Shown in pieces: positions 17,074-27,345 of a stretch of DNA of 64,000 bases (its first letter is position 1; each line of letters begins with the position of its first letter). Under the pieces are notes generated by a model, which worked only from the letters and a program-made list of their open reading frames with translations, had not been told where the DNA came from and did no database searches. A program made the translations under genes and the position numbers. The DNA is taken from the sequence record OP991903.1; one strand, written 5' to 3'.

Positions 17074-18831
17074 TTAGTATTCCAGTGTGATACCCCGAGC
17101 TTTAGCAAAGCGATGCAGCATGGTTTCCTGGCTCGGCGCGTTGCAGATAGTTGTCATAATGTTTACGGCGTTTACAGCCCCTGCCGGTAAGTTAATACCA
17201 AGGCGACGTTGCTCTTCCATCGTAATCCCCAGGATTTTGCACATCTGACGGATGATAGTCTGCTGTTCCAGGTTCATCCACACACCGGTGGACGGGTAGG
17301 AAGACTTCACGTCAATGTCCAGCACCCATTTGATAACCTTGGTCAGGATATCCGGGAATTCCTTGATGACCTTGTTACCCATCCCGCGGTCAATGAGGTG
17401 AGAAGACAGGGTACAAATCCAACCTTCAAGTGTAACCAGCAAGTCGTCCATTTCATTCTGCATCTGGTCAGAGATACCGCAGATAACGGTGTTCTCTCTT
17501 TCCAGTAGTTTGAAGTACTGGTCGTCATACAACTTCTTACCCTGCGAACCGTAGTTGGACATGTCTGACCAACCGCACTGCGCGGGGAAGGTGTTACGTA
17601 AGTCCAGGGTATACTCATCCAACAACTGTGCACCGATGTTATCGAACATGTTGTAGACGCAGTAGAAGACCTTTTCGTTACGTTGCATTTGACGGTGCCA
17701 GTCGATACCGGTTGAACGGTTCTTACCGGCGTCACCTTTGAGCTTACCGAAACCGAACACACGCATCAGCACGGCACCCAACCCGTAACCACCTTCTTTC
17801 GGCAAGTGCTTACGGATAGCACGGCGGACACACATCTGGTCTGCCCAGAAGAAGTGGGACGGACAGTTTACACGGTGCCAACGGTCTTGCGGTTCTTTGT
17901 TAGCCCCTTCGCCGTTCGCATCGAGGATACGTGCGGACCCTTCCTGGAAACGGAAGTAACGGTATTCTTTTGGAATCTTCGGGTCACAGAACACATCCTC
18001 AGGTTCGATGTTCTCACGCTTAAGCGCAATGCACATCTTCTCTAAGTCGTACGGTAAGTTCCAGATGGACAGGATATCCGGTTTCTTCTCGTGCAGATAG
18101 TCGAACGCCAGGATAACCGCTTCCGCTTCTGTCTTCGCCGTCTTCAGGATAATGTTGAACGGTTCGTGGACTTTCCCTTTAAAGAACTTCGGTTTCCCGT
18201 CTTCGTCACGGGCGGCAGCCAGTTCTTCGAAGATAGGTGGGATTTCAGCATCGTAACACTTGCGTACCTTGTCCAGGAATTCGGTGTCACCCGCCATGTA
18301 GTGTTCAGTAATAACCTGGAACACTTCGTTGCCACACGAGATGGAAATCATCTGAATCGCTTCGGTACCGAAGGTCACGTCACGTTCGATATCGAGGTGT
18401 GCGGTCAGATAGTCCGATTTGTACTCGCCCCACTTACGGTCATATTCCCGTTTGATAATGGTGGTGGAGTTGATGTCCGTACCGTACAGATAGGGACTGC
18501 GGTTCAATTGCTTAATACTGGAAGGTCTGCCGTACCCTAACGCTTTAACGATGGCCAGTGGCATCTCGCGTTCGGTACAGCGGTATTCGCGCAGCTTGTC
18601 TTTGTCTTCCCAACTCCGTTTCTCTTTGTGGGTCCGGAACTTATCACGGGTGACGTAGAAGGTGCGCTCGAAGTTTTTAATCATTCGAATTTTCGGGATA
18701 CGCACACCGTTGTCCCAGTGTTCGATTTCTTTTACGAAGATGGCCTCATCGTGGTCATTGAATTTGGAATTCACCTTCGTGGCGTGCTTAAACTCACGCC
18801 CTAATAATTTAGGTTTCGCTACTTCGGTCAT
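17074..18831 (-). CDS. split family-B DNA polymerase subunit (exonuclease + motif A; phiKZ gp82-like)
   Basis: ExoI HLDIE, ExoII SIWNLPYD, ExoIII YNMFD, polymerase motif A DIDVKSSYPS near C-terminus; motifs B and C not seen. Confidence 0.85.
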   Translation of the reverse strand: MTEVAKPKLLGREFKHATKVNSKFNDHDEAIFVKEIEHWDNGVRIPKIRMIKNFERTFYVTRDKFRTHKEKRSWEDKDKLREYRCTEREMPLAIVKALGYGRPSSIKQLNRSPYLYGTDINSTTIIKREYDRKWGEYKSDYLTAHLDIERDVTFGTEAIQMISISCGNEVFQVITEHYMAGDTEFLDKVRKCYDAEIPPIFEELAAARDEDGKPKFFKGKVHEPFNIILKTAKTEAEAVILAFDYLHEKKPDILSIWNLPYDLEKMCIALKRENIEPEDVFCDPKIPKEYRYFRFQEGSARILDANGEGANKEPQDRWHRVNCPSHFFWADQMCVRRAIRKHLPKEGGYGLGAVLMRVFGFGKLKGDAGKNRSTGIDWHRQMQRNEKVFYCVYNMFDNIGAQLLDEYTLDLRNTFPAQCGWSDMSNYGSQGKKLYDDQYFKLLERENTVICGISDQMQNEMDDLLVTLEGWICTLSSHLIDRGMGNKVIKEFPDILTKVIKWVLDIDVKSSYPSTGVWMNLEQQTIIRQMCKILGITMEEQRRLGINLPAGAVNAVNIMTTICNAPSQETMLHRFAKARGITLEY

Positions 18832-18969
18832 GGAGGTTATTCCTTTCCAACGTATTTTCTAAGTCTCTATAACAAGGTGCCCTGACGTTTTTTATTACCA
18901 CCTCTATACGACAGAGCCTATTCTGTGTACTCAACCCTGTATATCTCTTATTGACGAGGCCACGGAACC

Positions 18970-20265
18970 ATGTTAATCGCCCCTATTGCGCCGCTCCCGA
19001 TTGTCAGTGTCGAAGCGGTGAATCCTCAGGAGAACCCCAAAGTCTTCCGAGAACTGACACTCGCGTTTGAAGACATGATTAACGAATTCAAAAAAACGAA
19101 GAAGGTTTTCCTTCAGAAGAAACGTCTTCAGGATATCTTTAAAGTTCACATGAACCTGTTTGTGGAGTTCGAGTTAGAGAACTACCCCAAACCTAATGCT
19201 TACGTGGTGGCACCACAGATTGATGTCAACCATCCCCTGGTCAACCGCTGGCGTCAGTACTTTGCAGAACGCACAGACGGGATGGCGCAAATCCGTTGGG
19301 GTGGTGAAGGGGTTGAAGGTACGGTTGATTTGGAAAACGCCAAGGTCTCGGGCTTTTTCTCTAAACTGGTGAACAAAGTTTACATCACCACGGGTTGTAT
19401 TTCTTCCGGCACGTTTGAAGCGGAAGAGATTGCCGCTGTTGTGCTGCATGAAATCGGGCACCTGATGTCGTACTTCACCTACCTTGGCCAGGTAGACACG
19501 ACGTGCTTCGTCCTGACCCATTTCGCTCGCTCCGCCCTGGGCGTGACTGAGAAACAGCACCGGGTGAAACTGTTCAGTGAACTCAAAGAGAAAACTGGCG
19601 TTGACGTGACCAAGAACGAAGAGCTGCTGAACACCACCGACGAGAAAACCATGCAACTGGTGCTCTTGACCGAAGTGGTGAACCAATCCCGCTCTGAGTT
19701 CGGTACCAGTCTTTATGACAACCGTAGCTGGGAATCTTTGTCCGACCAATTCGCCTCCCGTATGGGTGCCGGTCGTGCATTGGCCAGCGGCCTGTTCAAA
19801 ATCATGAACCAGGTTGACCCGAACTCCTATCGCAACACTTTGACCTACTTCGTGATGGAGTTGGTGAAGGTGGTGGGGTACATCCTGATGGCTACCGTGG
19901 CAGTCATGAGCTTCAACTTCCTGTTGATGTACATGTCCATCATGGTGCTGTTGGTCTCCCCGCATGAGCGTGAGTACGACAAACCGCGTGAACGCCTGAC
20001 GCGCATCAAACGGGATTTAATCTCGCAGATGAAGCACCCGGCGTTACCGAAACCACGCGCCATTCAGCTGACCACAGACGTCAAAGTCATTGACGGTCTG
20101 ATTGCTGACCTGAAGGACCGGGAAACGGTGCTGGAAAAGATTTACCTGTTAGTGTCTCCTGCAACACGCGGCCAGAAGGCAAAGCGTGAGGAGCTACAGA
20201 ACCTCGAGGCGTTGATGAACAATGACCTCTTCACTGCGGCTGCTCAGCTGCGTGTTCTCAGTTAA
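18970..20265 (+). CDS. virion head protein with HExxH zinc-metallopeptidase motif and hydrophobic segments
   Basis: VVLHEIGH, downstream SDQFASRMGAGRALASGL (M48-like), ~40-aa hydrophobic stretch; SVE site near N-terminus. Confidence 0.65.
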   Translation: MLIAPIAPLPIVSVEAVNPQENPKVFRELTLAFEDMINEFKKTKKVFLQKKRLQDIFKVHMNLFVEFELENYPKPNAYVVAPQIDVNHPLVNRWRQYFAERTDGMAQIRWGGEGVEGTVDLENAKVSGFFSKLVNKVYITTGCISSGTFEAEEIAAVVLHEIGHLMSYFTYLGQVDTTCFVLTHFARSALGVTEKQHRVKLFSELKEKTGVDVTKNEELLNTTDEKTMQLVLLTEVVNQSRSEFGTSLYDNRSWESLSDQFASRMGAGRALASGLFKIMNQVDPNSYRNTLTYFVMELVKVVGYILMATVAVMSFNFLLMYMSIMVLLVSPHEREYDKPRERLTRIKRDLISQMKHPALPKPRAIQLTTDVKVIDGLIADLKDRETVLEKIYLLVSPATRGQKAKREELQNLEALMNNDLFTAAAQLRVLS

Positions 20266-20279
20266 TTCGGAGTAGAACG

Positions 20280-20726
20280 ATGAATCGTGCGCTTGTTGCG
20301 GGGATGGTGGAACCCCTGGTCATGTCTCTCGGCAATGACAAAAAGAAAATCTCCCTGGCTCTCGGTGTTGCATTGGCGTACAGCCTGCCGCTACCTTCCA
20401 GTCGCCAGGAGAACCCCGAGCTGTACTACGTCAAACATTACTTTGCTGACGTGGCGCAGTTCGTGTCTGAGTTTAACGAACGCTTCCTGCTGGAAACTAC
20501 CACGGTGACGGACATTACCCGTGGCCTGTGGGAGCTGCGTTACAAGAACGTCTTCTTCACCGATTACGGCGGCTTGGCGGCGCACGTTTCTAAAGCGTGT
20601 CCGATTGCTGACCTGTTAAGCGGCTATGCAGTGGATGACCAGACCCGTGAAACCATTCTGTCTGCGGCCTGCGCGCTGGGAGAGAAGGTGGAAGAGGCCT
20701 TTAAAGTGCAAGAGAGCCATACCTAA
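20280..20726 (+). CDS. putative virion head protein
   Basis: 148 aa, GGAG RBS, inside the head operon. Confidence 0.6.
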   Translation: MNRALVAGMVEPLVMSLGNDKKKISLALGVALAYSLPLPSSRQENPELYYVKHYFADVAQFVSEFNERFLLETTTVTDITRGLWELRYKNVFFTDYGGLAAHVSKACPIADLLSGYAVDDQTRETILSAACALGEKVEEAFKVQESHT

Positions 20727-20746
20727 GCTCTCGGGAGTTGAACACC

Positions 20747-21772
20747 ATGGAGCAGAGTCTCGCGGCGTTATACGCCCGTAAGCCGGAAATTGCTCCGGCG
20801 CTACGCAACAAACTGGCAACGTTGAGTGCCTACCACCCTTTACCTGCGCTGTCGGTCACGGAAAAGGAGGACGATACCCTTCTTAACCATCTGACCGGGG
20901 TTACGGAAGTAGTCGAAGCGTTCTACCAGGTAGCGAGCGTTGCCACCGACCATTTGAACCTGACATCCACGTTAAGCCGGATTATCAGTTACTTGCGAAT
21001 TGAATATCCGGTCAACCATATCTACCCTCATTCCCTGAGTGAGGCGATTAAACGGTTGAATGGTCTCCGCACCCCTTATGCCGAAGGGCTTTGCGCGCAA
21101 ACCTTGAGCGTGCGCGACGTGGTCGCGTCGTTCCCGGCGTTCCCGAGTGACCTGAGCGGGTTGCTGGATAAAATCCAACTGTTGTTGGACGCCAGCACCT
21201 TCCCCCTGTGGGAACCGCCCGGTGACCTGAACGCCCGACTGGATGACGTCTACCGTCAGTACGAAGCCATTGGGGTCAGCACTGACCTCATCCGCGCCTT
21301 GAACTGTAAAGAGACGGACCTCCCAGTGCGGTTGGCGAAACTGTTAGACCTGGCTACCCCGAAGGTCACGGACCGGATAATGGAAACTCCTCGTGAGACC
21401 TTAACCTGGACCCTGGCACAAGGGAACTTTCAGCTGTTAGAGCAACTGCGTAAGCTACTGCCGTACACGTTACGTGCCCGTATCCTTGAGGCGGACAACC
21501 GCCTGCGTTGCATCTACAGTCTGCGGGAAGTCAGCGGGTCTCGTCGGAACCGTATCGACGGTCTGCTCCACGAACTGTACAACCCGATGATTGCACTGCA
21601 CAGCCACAGTTACTTACTGTTGAACGCCGTGCGCACACTCCTCAATCTGTTAACCACCACCCTGACCGTCCAGTGGGAATACCTGTTCTTCCATCTGGGA
21701 CAGGTTGATGACACCCATCAGGGTGCCGTGGACGAGGTGGTTAATCTGTTGGATTCCACGCTGGAGGAATAG
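20747..21772 (+). CDS. putative virion head protein
   Basis: ATG 20747 after GGGAG; helical Leu-rich ORF in the head operon. Confidence 0.6.
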   Translation: MEQSLAALYARKPEIAPALRNKLATLSAYHPLPALSVTEKEDDTLLNHLTGVTEVVEAFYQVASVATDHLNLTSTLSRIISYLRIEYPVNHIYPHSLSEAIKRLNGLRTPYAEGLCAQTLSVRDVVASFPAFPSDLSGLLDKIQLLLDASTFPLWEPPGDLNARLDDVYRQYEAIGVSTDLIRALNCKETDLPVRLAKLLDLATPKVTDRIMETPRETLTWTLAQGNFQLLEQLRKLLPYTLRARILEADNRLRCIYSLREVSGSRRNRIDGLLHELYNPMIALHSHSYLLLNAVRTLLNLLTTTLTVQWEYLFFHLGQVDDTHQGAVDEVVNLLDSTLEE

Positions 21773-23143
21773 ATGGATAACGAACAAGTCGTCAAGCCGG
21801 TGAAGGAGATTTTCAACTTCATCGCCGCTGACGGTAAAGACCTACGCACCATGGTGATGGAAATCAACCAGATTTATTCTGAGTATGAAGTCCAGCGCAA
21901 CAACGCCGAGCCGCTGATTAGCGAACTTGAGCGCATGAGTGCCGATGTCAAAGCGCGCGGGGTGAACCGCGATACCATGGCGGCCGTTGAATCGTTCGCC
22001 GGTCCCCTGAATGAACTGTACCCGGTTCAAAGCTACACGCAGCGTCGGTCTCGCACCAACATGCAGGTTGCTATTGAAGACATCGACGGTAAACGTGCAG
22101 GTATCATTGCAGCAGTCCTGGTGGCTGGCGCAGCGTTCCTGTACAAGTTGATTAAATGGGTGCTGGGCTTCTTTGGGAAAGGGAAGGACGACGCGGGTGC
22201 CTTGATGGGCAGTTCCACGGGCGGGTCTGCTTCTGCCAAAGGGTCGGATAACATCCGCAGCAAAGTCGGTGACCAGGAAGTGGAAAAGGTCCTGACCAGT
22301 GCGGAACAGTACAAGCGCTTAACCGATGGGTTACTCGAACACTACACCGGGTTAACGCGTGACCTGCTGAATCCGAACGGGCTGTCTGCGGATATCTTTG
22401 GGATGCTGGGTGACCTGAACAACTACGCGAAAGTCTTGAGCGAAAGCTACAAGGTGGGCGAAGAAACCTGTTCAGGCTATCTGCGTGAGAAAGGTACCGT
22501 GGGTGCGGGCCAGGTGAAACTGCGTCTGGAGCGTATTCAGGAAGACACGGCGATTGACCGTTCTTTCCCGGGCCTCAAGCGCATGTTGGCGAAGAACCAG
22601 GTTAAGGTGGCGGGAAGTGAACCGGCGGACATCGTGAACGGTCTGAAGGACTTCCGCGCCAAGTTGGCGGAGAAGAACGACCAGAAGCAAAGTATCGCGA
22701 CTGATTCTAAGTCTATCCGTAAACTGCAAGAAGGTATTGCCCGTATCGTGGGTGGCCCAGGCCACAGCCGCAACATGCTGTCGATTCCAGAAGGCATCAT
22801 CAAAACGCAGGAAGAGATTTCGAAGTATGCGGAGAAGATGCTGAAGGACACCGAACAGATTCGCAACACCTTCCACGAAAGCCGCATGTCAGACTTCACT
22901 CTGCTCCAGGACATCATCCGTGCCCTGGGCGAGTTCCAGCAAATCTTCAACACCTGTGTGTTGCTGTCGGGTTGGTTACTGCATCTGATGCGCCAGTTCG
23001 CGGATAAGGTGTCAGCGTGCCTGGCGTTTGAATTCGATGTGGCGCAACGCGAAGCGGCGAAAGCGAACATGGATGCGTCTGATATCCTGAAGAACGTCAC
23101 TGCGGAAGAGAAAAAGTACCTCGAAAGCAGAATGAAGAAATAA
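21773..23143 (+). CDS. putative internal head/ejection protein
   Basis: 456 aa; AVE/AIE candidate cleavage sites followed by hydrophobic AGIIAAVLVAGAAFLYKLIKWVLGFF. Confidence 0.6.
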   Translation: MDNEQVVKPVKEIFNFIAADGKDLRTMVMEINQIYSEYEVQRNNAEPLISELERMSADVKARGVNRDTMAAVESFAGPLNELYPVQSYTQRRSRTNMQVAIEDIDGKRAGIIAAVLVAGAAFLYKLIKWVLGFFGKGKDDAGALMGSSTGGSASAKGSDNIRSKVGDQEVEKVLTSAEQYKRLTDGLLEHYTGLTRDLLNPNGLSADIFGMLGDLNNYAKVLSESYKVGEETCSGYLREKGTVGAGQVKLRLERIQEDTAIDRSFPGLKRMLAKNQVKVAGSEPADIVNGLKDFRAKLAEKNDQKQSIATDSKSIRKLQEGIARIVGGPGHSRNMLSIPEGIIKTQEEISKYAEKMLKDTEQIRNTFHESRMSDFTLLQDIIRALGEFQQIFNTCVLLSGWLLHLMRQFADKVSACLAFEFDVAQREAAKANMDASDILKNVTAEEKKYLESRMKK

Positions 23144-23149
23144 AAGGAA

Positions 23150-23184
23150 CCCTGGTACCCCGAAGGGTACCAGGGCCTTTATGC
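23150..23184. terminator. terminator hairpin + TTTATGC
   Basis: CCCTGGTACCC-CGAA-GGGTACCAGGG then CCTTTATGC. Confidence 0.8.
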
Positions 23185-23187
23185 TGC

Positions 23188-26133
23188 TTAGACTTGCGTC
23201 AGTTTGTTGATACTGGTGCTGTACAACGAGTCCGACTTGGTGATGTGCGGTTTCGGTGTAAAGGTCATGTCTTCCTTCACGCCAAGTTTACCGTCATCAC
23301 GCAGGTACAGAACCCGGTTCAGCGAGAAGCGGACGGCTTCATCACCTGCGGAGATGGTTTCAACTTCGACCCCGTTCGAGTACAAGTACAACTCGCACCC
23401 AATCAGGTCGCTGTCGGTCTTCTCCTTGATGTCGGCCATGATATCCATCTTCGACACCGTTTCCAGTTTCAGGTGCGCATTGATGATGTCCGTAATCACC
23501 CTGCTCACTGACTTCTGGTATTCCTCGTTGTTGTAGCCTAACTCTGAGAGCTTCAGCGTACAAACACCGTTCACCCGAGAGTTCATCATCAGAGAGCGTG
23601 AAGAATCTGTCAACACGTTAATCTGCCCGATGGTGGTCTTCGGATAGTAGTAATACCAGGTACTTTCCAGGCCACGTCCTGCGATTTGCTCGATGGTTGC
23701 CACGTACGTATCGGCAATACGCGCTGGAAGGTACTGTGCGTCAGCCAGCGCCTCTTTCTGGTCTGTGAAGTAGTAAGCCCCGTCCATAACGAACAGGTCC
23801 ATCAGACGCAGCGTAGGACGCTCTGAGACGACTATCGGTTCCCCGTTGTCATCCACCTTCACCTGCCCGGCGTAGTACTCAATCTCCTGGTTACCCACGG
23901 CATCCAGTACTGGGTCCCCTTTCGAGTGCAACTTGGTGTACACCATCTCACCATTGACGATGGTATACTTCGGCCGTTTGGTGCTCGGGTCCATCTCGTA
24001 CACATCCGACGCGTAGTACTTCAGCACGTCTTGGGTGTAGAGTTGGTACTGCTGACTCCCGGCAACCGGACGACAACCCCGCCAGAAATCCGTCAGTGCC
24101 GTACCCAACTGGAAGGTCATGGCTTCTAACTGCACACCCACCCAGTCGACCCCACTCGGTAACAGGAACGCTGGAACGTACGCGTCCACATCCGAGCCTT
24201 CCAGGTTCAGTACCCGGTAATTGGTCACCGAGTTCACCAGGAAGAAACGGGTCTCTAACCCAATAGTCAGGTTACGTGGTGTGGTGTCGTATTGCAGGAA
24301 GTTGGTCAATACCAGGTCGTCGTTCGCGTCCACATCGTAGTTGGTGTGGAGTTGGAACTCCCAGGTCCAGACGCCGTCGATAATCCCCAACACGGTCCCG
24401 GTCAGATACGCCAGTTCCGTTTCCCCGCGCGGGTAATACCCGAGGTGCAGGTGAACGTCTTCTTGCTTGATAGCATCATAACCGGTTGACGGTTTGCAGT
24501 TAATCACAATCCGGTAACCGTACGTGGTGCGTTCAATGGCGAAGGTCTGGGTAGAGACGCTGAGAAGCGTTGACTGGTTTTCGGCCAGGAACTCACGCAA
24601 CGTCATCTTCGGGTTCTCGAGGTAATACGCCCGTAACGCGAAGTTGCTGTTGCTGGCATCCAGCACGTAATGGAACGGCGAATACACGTACTCCGTGTTG
24701 TTCACGGCCGCCACCAACGTTTCCGTGGTCGCTGTACCGCTGTTCGGGTACTCAGCTGCTTTCACAACCTGTAACCGGCCACTCTCAATACGCATCAACG
24801 TCTTCGGCGTCATGGTCACCCGGTCGCCGTTGTCGTAACAACCCGGTAACCGCGCCAGGTTCTCCATCGAAATACTGATGGGGACAATCCCTGACGAGAT
24901 AGACGTGGTGAATTCGCTGTTCGGGTTGTTTGGCACACCCCGCGTCGCGTAGTACACACGGTCCGTCAAGTCGTCCCGACCCAGTAAGACGTTGAAGCCC
25001 TGAAGTTCCAGGTTCGCCCGTACCTGCGGTGGGGTGATAGGCGTATCAATGCTGCTACCACGAGAAATCACCAGGTCACGCGCTTCTTCAAAGGTGAGGC
25101 CCGGTGTACCGCCTGAAATGATACCTTCGGAGAACACGGCCATGCTGAGGTCAGGTAAGCCTTTCCAGAACGCCGCCTGTGATGGGTCGTCAAGGTCTTC
25201 GCCGAATTCCCAGCTGTACGCAGCCGAGTCCAACTGACTCAACGGCACTTCCAGGGTTCCTTTGGTGGTGTAGACGTCCACACGAATGTCACCCGGAATC
25301 AACCCGTTAGTCAGGTAGATAGGCGGGATGGTGACACGCAACGCGCCTTCATCTACTTCCAGGAACGCCGTGGCGGTCTGCGGGTCGTGAATCTGCTCAC
25401 TGTGGGTGGTCTTCATCTCCACCCAAGCGTTGTTGATTTTACGGAACACGCGGGCAGAGAAGTAGCTGTCCTCAAACGTCATGACGAAGGAGTTGGCTGA
25501 ACCGCCCATCGGGGAGAACAACTGATACACCCGTTTTAACTGGAGTAGGTTAACGTCAAGGCGAATACGGTTCACCCCTTCATCGTCCCTGGAACTCCAC
25601 CACGGAATCACGTTGTCCGTCAGCGTTTGCAGTGGCGTCAACTTATCCGAGTTGTACCCAATCTGGATAGCGCCGTGTTGCAGTTGGCGAATCTCAATCG
25701 GGTAAAGTAAGGTAAAGGTGTACTGGTTGGAGACCGTGAACTCCGTGTAGCGTGGAATGGTCAACTTCTTCGACCCGTTCCCCACTGACGCCATCAAGGA
25801 AAGCACCGTGTCGCGTTCTACCCAGATAGAGAGCGGCATCCCCGCCGGTTTGGAGAAACGGTTAAGGAAGTCACGGTCAGTCATGACCGCGTACAGGTCT
25901 TCCCAGGTGGTGGCCAGTAACCCATAACGACGACGGTCCAGGGCCAGGGCCTGGTTAATGGCGATGGCGGTTTGGGTTGAACCGACCTCCATGATTTGCA
26001 CCATGGGGGACAACGGGTCCGGTACCGTGAGTCCGTCGAGTCGCCATTGGACGTAGTCGATGGCCACGGTCTGGAGACCCGCCGGGTTACGCACGGCTTG
26101 CTCCATCAATGTGGTTAAATCGAAGTCTGACAT
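23188..26133 (-). CDS. large baseplate (wedge) protein (phiKZ gp87-like)
   Basis: 981 aa, beta-rich; size and convergent position within the head cluster match the family; inference by synteny. Confidence 0.6.
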   Translation of the reverse strand: MSDFDLTTLMEQAVRNPAGLQTVAIDYVQWRLDGLTVPDPLSPMVQIMEVGSTQTAIAINQALALDRRRYGLLATTWEDLYAVMTDRDFLNRFSKPAGMPLSIWVERDTVLSLMASVGNGSKKLTIPRYTEFTVSNQYTFTLLYPIEIRQLQHGAIQIGYNSDKLTPLQTLTDNVIPWWSSRDDEGVNRIRLDVNLLQLKRVYQLFSPMGGSANSFVMTFEDSYFSARVFRKINNAWVEMKTTHSEQIHDPQTATAFLEVDEGALRVTIPPIYLTNGLIPGDIRVDVYTTKGTLEVPLSQLDSAAYSWEFGEDLDDPSQAAFWKGLPDLSMAVFSEGIISGGTPGLTFEEARDLVISRGSSIDTPITPPQVRANLELQGFNVLLGRDDLTDRVYYATRGVPNNPNSEFTTSISSGIVPISISMENLARLPGCYDNGDRVTMTPKTLMRIESGRLQVVKAAEYPNSGTATTETLVAAVNNTEYVYSPFHYVLDASNSNFALRAYYLENPKMTLREFLAENQSTLLSVSTQTFAIERTTYGYRIVINCKPSTGYDAIKQEDVHLHLGYYPRGETELAYLTGTVLGIIDGVWTWEFQLHTNYDVDANDDLVLTNFLQYDTTPRNLTIGLETRFFLVNSVTNYRVLNLEGSDVDAYVPAFLLPSGVDWVGVQLEAMTFQLGTALTDFWRGCRPVAGSQQYQLYTQDVLKYYASDVYEMDPSTKRPKYTIVNGEMVYTKLHSKGDPVLDAVGNQEIEYYAGQVKVDDNGEPIVVSERPTLRLMDLFVMDGAYYFTDQKEALADAQYLPARIADTYVATIEQIAGRGLESTWYYYYPKTTIGQINVLTDSSRSLMMNSRVNGVCTLKLSELGYNNEEYQKSVSRVITDIINAHLKLETVSKMDIMADIKEKTDSDLIGCELYLYSNGVEVETISAGDEAVRFSLNRVLYLRDDGKLGVKEDMTFTPKPHITKSDSLYSTSINKLTQV

Positions 26134-26150
26134 CTTGGTTACCTTTTCAA

Positions 26151-27317
26151 TTATAAGCCGGTGTCATCGGCGGATTCCAGCGTGTTCGCCATGTAGCCAC
26201 CGGCCACATCTGCGGTATCCTGCTGAATCGCATTAAAGTCCTGCGCTGCCACACGGCCAGCACCGTAATAGTTCATGATTTGGTTGTACACCGCTTTCTC
26301 GATGAACCAGCACAGTTCCTGGGTGAACGGGTGAATCAGTGGGTAGCAATAGCCGACCAGGTAATCGCGTTGTTCAGCGGTGACACGATAATAGTCCGCG
26401 CTTTTCAATTTGATGTCTTCCTGGTACAACCGCCCGGCGTTGGCAATCTGCAAGTCCGGGTTGAACTTCGCCACCGTCTGGTTGAACTCGAAATACAGAA
26501 TCGGGTCGTCGTACATCGCGCCAAAACAACGGAACTGAATCGTTATCTTATTGTTGGCCGTCGCGAAGTTGTCCGAGGAATCGAAGTCGGCAATCCCGCC
26601 CCAAGGTACCGTGGTCGGGAAACCGTAACCACAGGCCATGATGTTCTGAACGAACTGACGACCGGGGTCGAGTATCAGACGGTAACACCGGGTAACGTAG
26701 TCGATACGGGACATGAAGTTGTTCCACGGATACGGCATCAGTCGTCCCGTGTACACGCCATCCTCGTAACGTACCCAGTTGTTGAACATGGACACCAACA
26801 AGTTCCCTTCGACGTTGTTGAAGGTGGCGGACATGTCCCATTGTCCATTGAACTCGTAGATGCCATCTGCCATCCCCCACTGCTCACCGAGGATACCTTC
26901 TCGGGAAACGTGCGTACCCATCACCGGGTCTGGCCAACCGGAAACGGAGGTCAATAGGTTGGTTAACGGTGCAATGAAAGCCTGACGTGGGTTAACTAAC
27001 GGGGTATCGTAACCGCTGTTTGCGGCACCCCAAGGGTCAAGATACGCTCGGATAGCACGGGGGTACGTCAACGCTTCCCGTGAAATCATGGGACTTAAGC
27101 TTCTATCTTGTGTAATGTTCTCTTCCTGCAAGTTCATGTCGGTTTTCGTAAAGAACGTCAACCCGACCTGGTCGGTGTTCGCGGGGAGGATAACCCCCGT
27201 GGCACGGTAGTTGATGCCATACAGCATCTCGAACGCTTGTGCGCTCAATCCCCCTAAGCCGTTGGACCGATGCAAGATTTCCAGACTCTCGCGAATCTGG
27301 TCATTTCTCGATGCCAT
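26151..27317 (-). CDS. baseplate / tube-initiator-like structural protein (phiKZ gp88-like)
   Basis: Likely start MASRNDQ (ATG 27317, GAGG RBS); tube-like motifs SVSGWPD, YVTRCYRLILD, ITIQFRCFG. Confidence 0.55.
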   Translation of the reverse strand: MASRNDQIRESLEILHRSNGLGGLSAQAFEMLYGINYRATGVILPANTDQVGLTFFTKTDMNLQEENITQDRSLSPMISREALTYPRAIRAYLDPWGAANSGYDTPLVNPRQAFIAPLTNLLTSVSGWPDPVMGTHVSREGILGEQWGMADGIYEFNGQWDMSATFNNVEGNLLVSMFNNWVRYEDGVYTGRLMPYPWNNFMSRIDYVTRCYRLILDPGRQFVQNIMACGYGFPTTVPWGGIADFDSSDNFATANNKITIQFRCFGAMYDDPILYFEFNQTVAKFNPDLQIANAGRLYQEDIKLKSADYYRVTAEQRDYLVGYCYPLIHPFTQELCWFIEKAVYNQIMNYYGAGRVAAQDFNAIQQDTADVAGGYMANTLESADDTGL

Positions 27318-27345
27318 ATTGTAACCTCTTGATAAGGGTAAAGCC

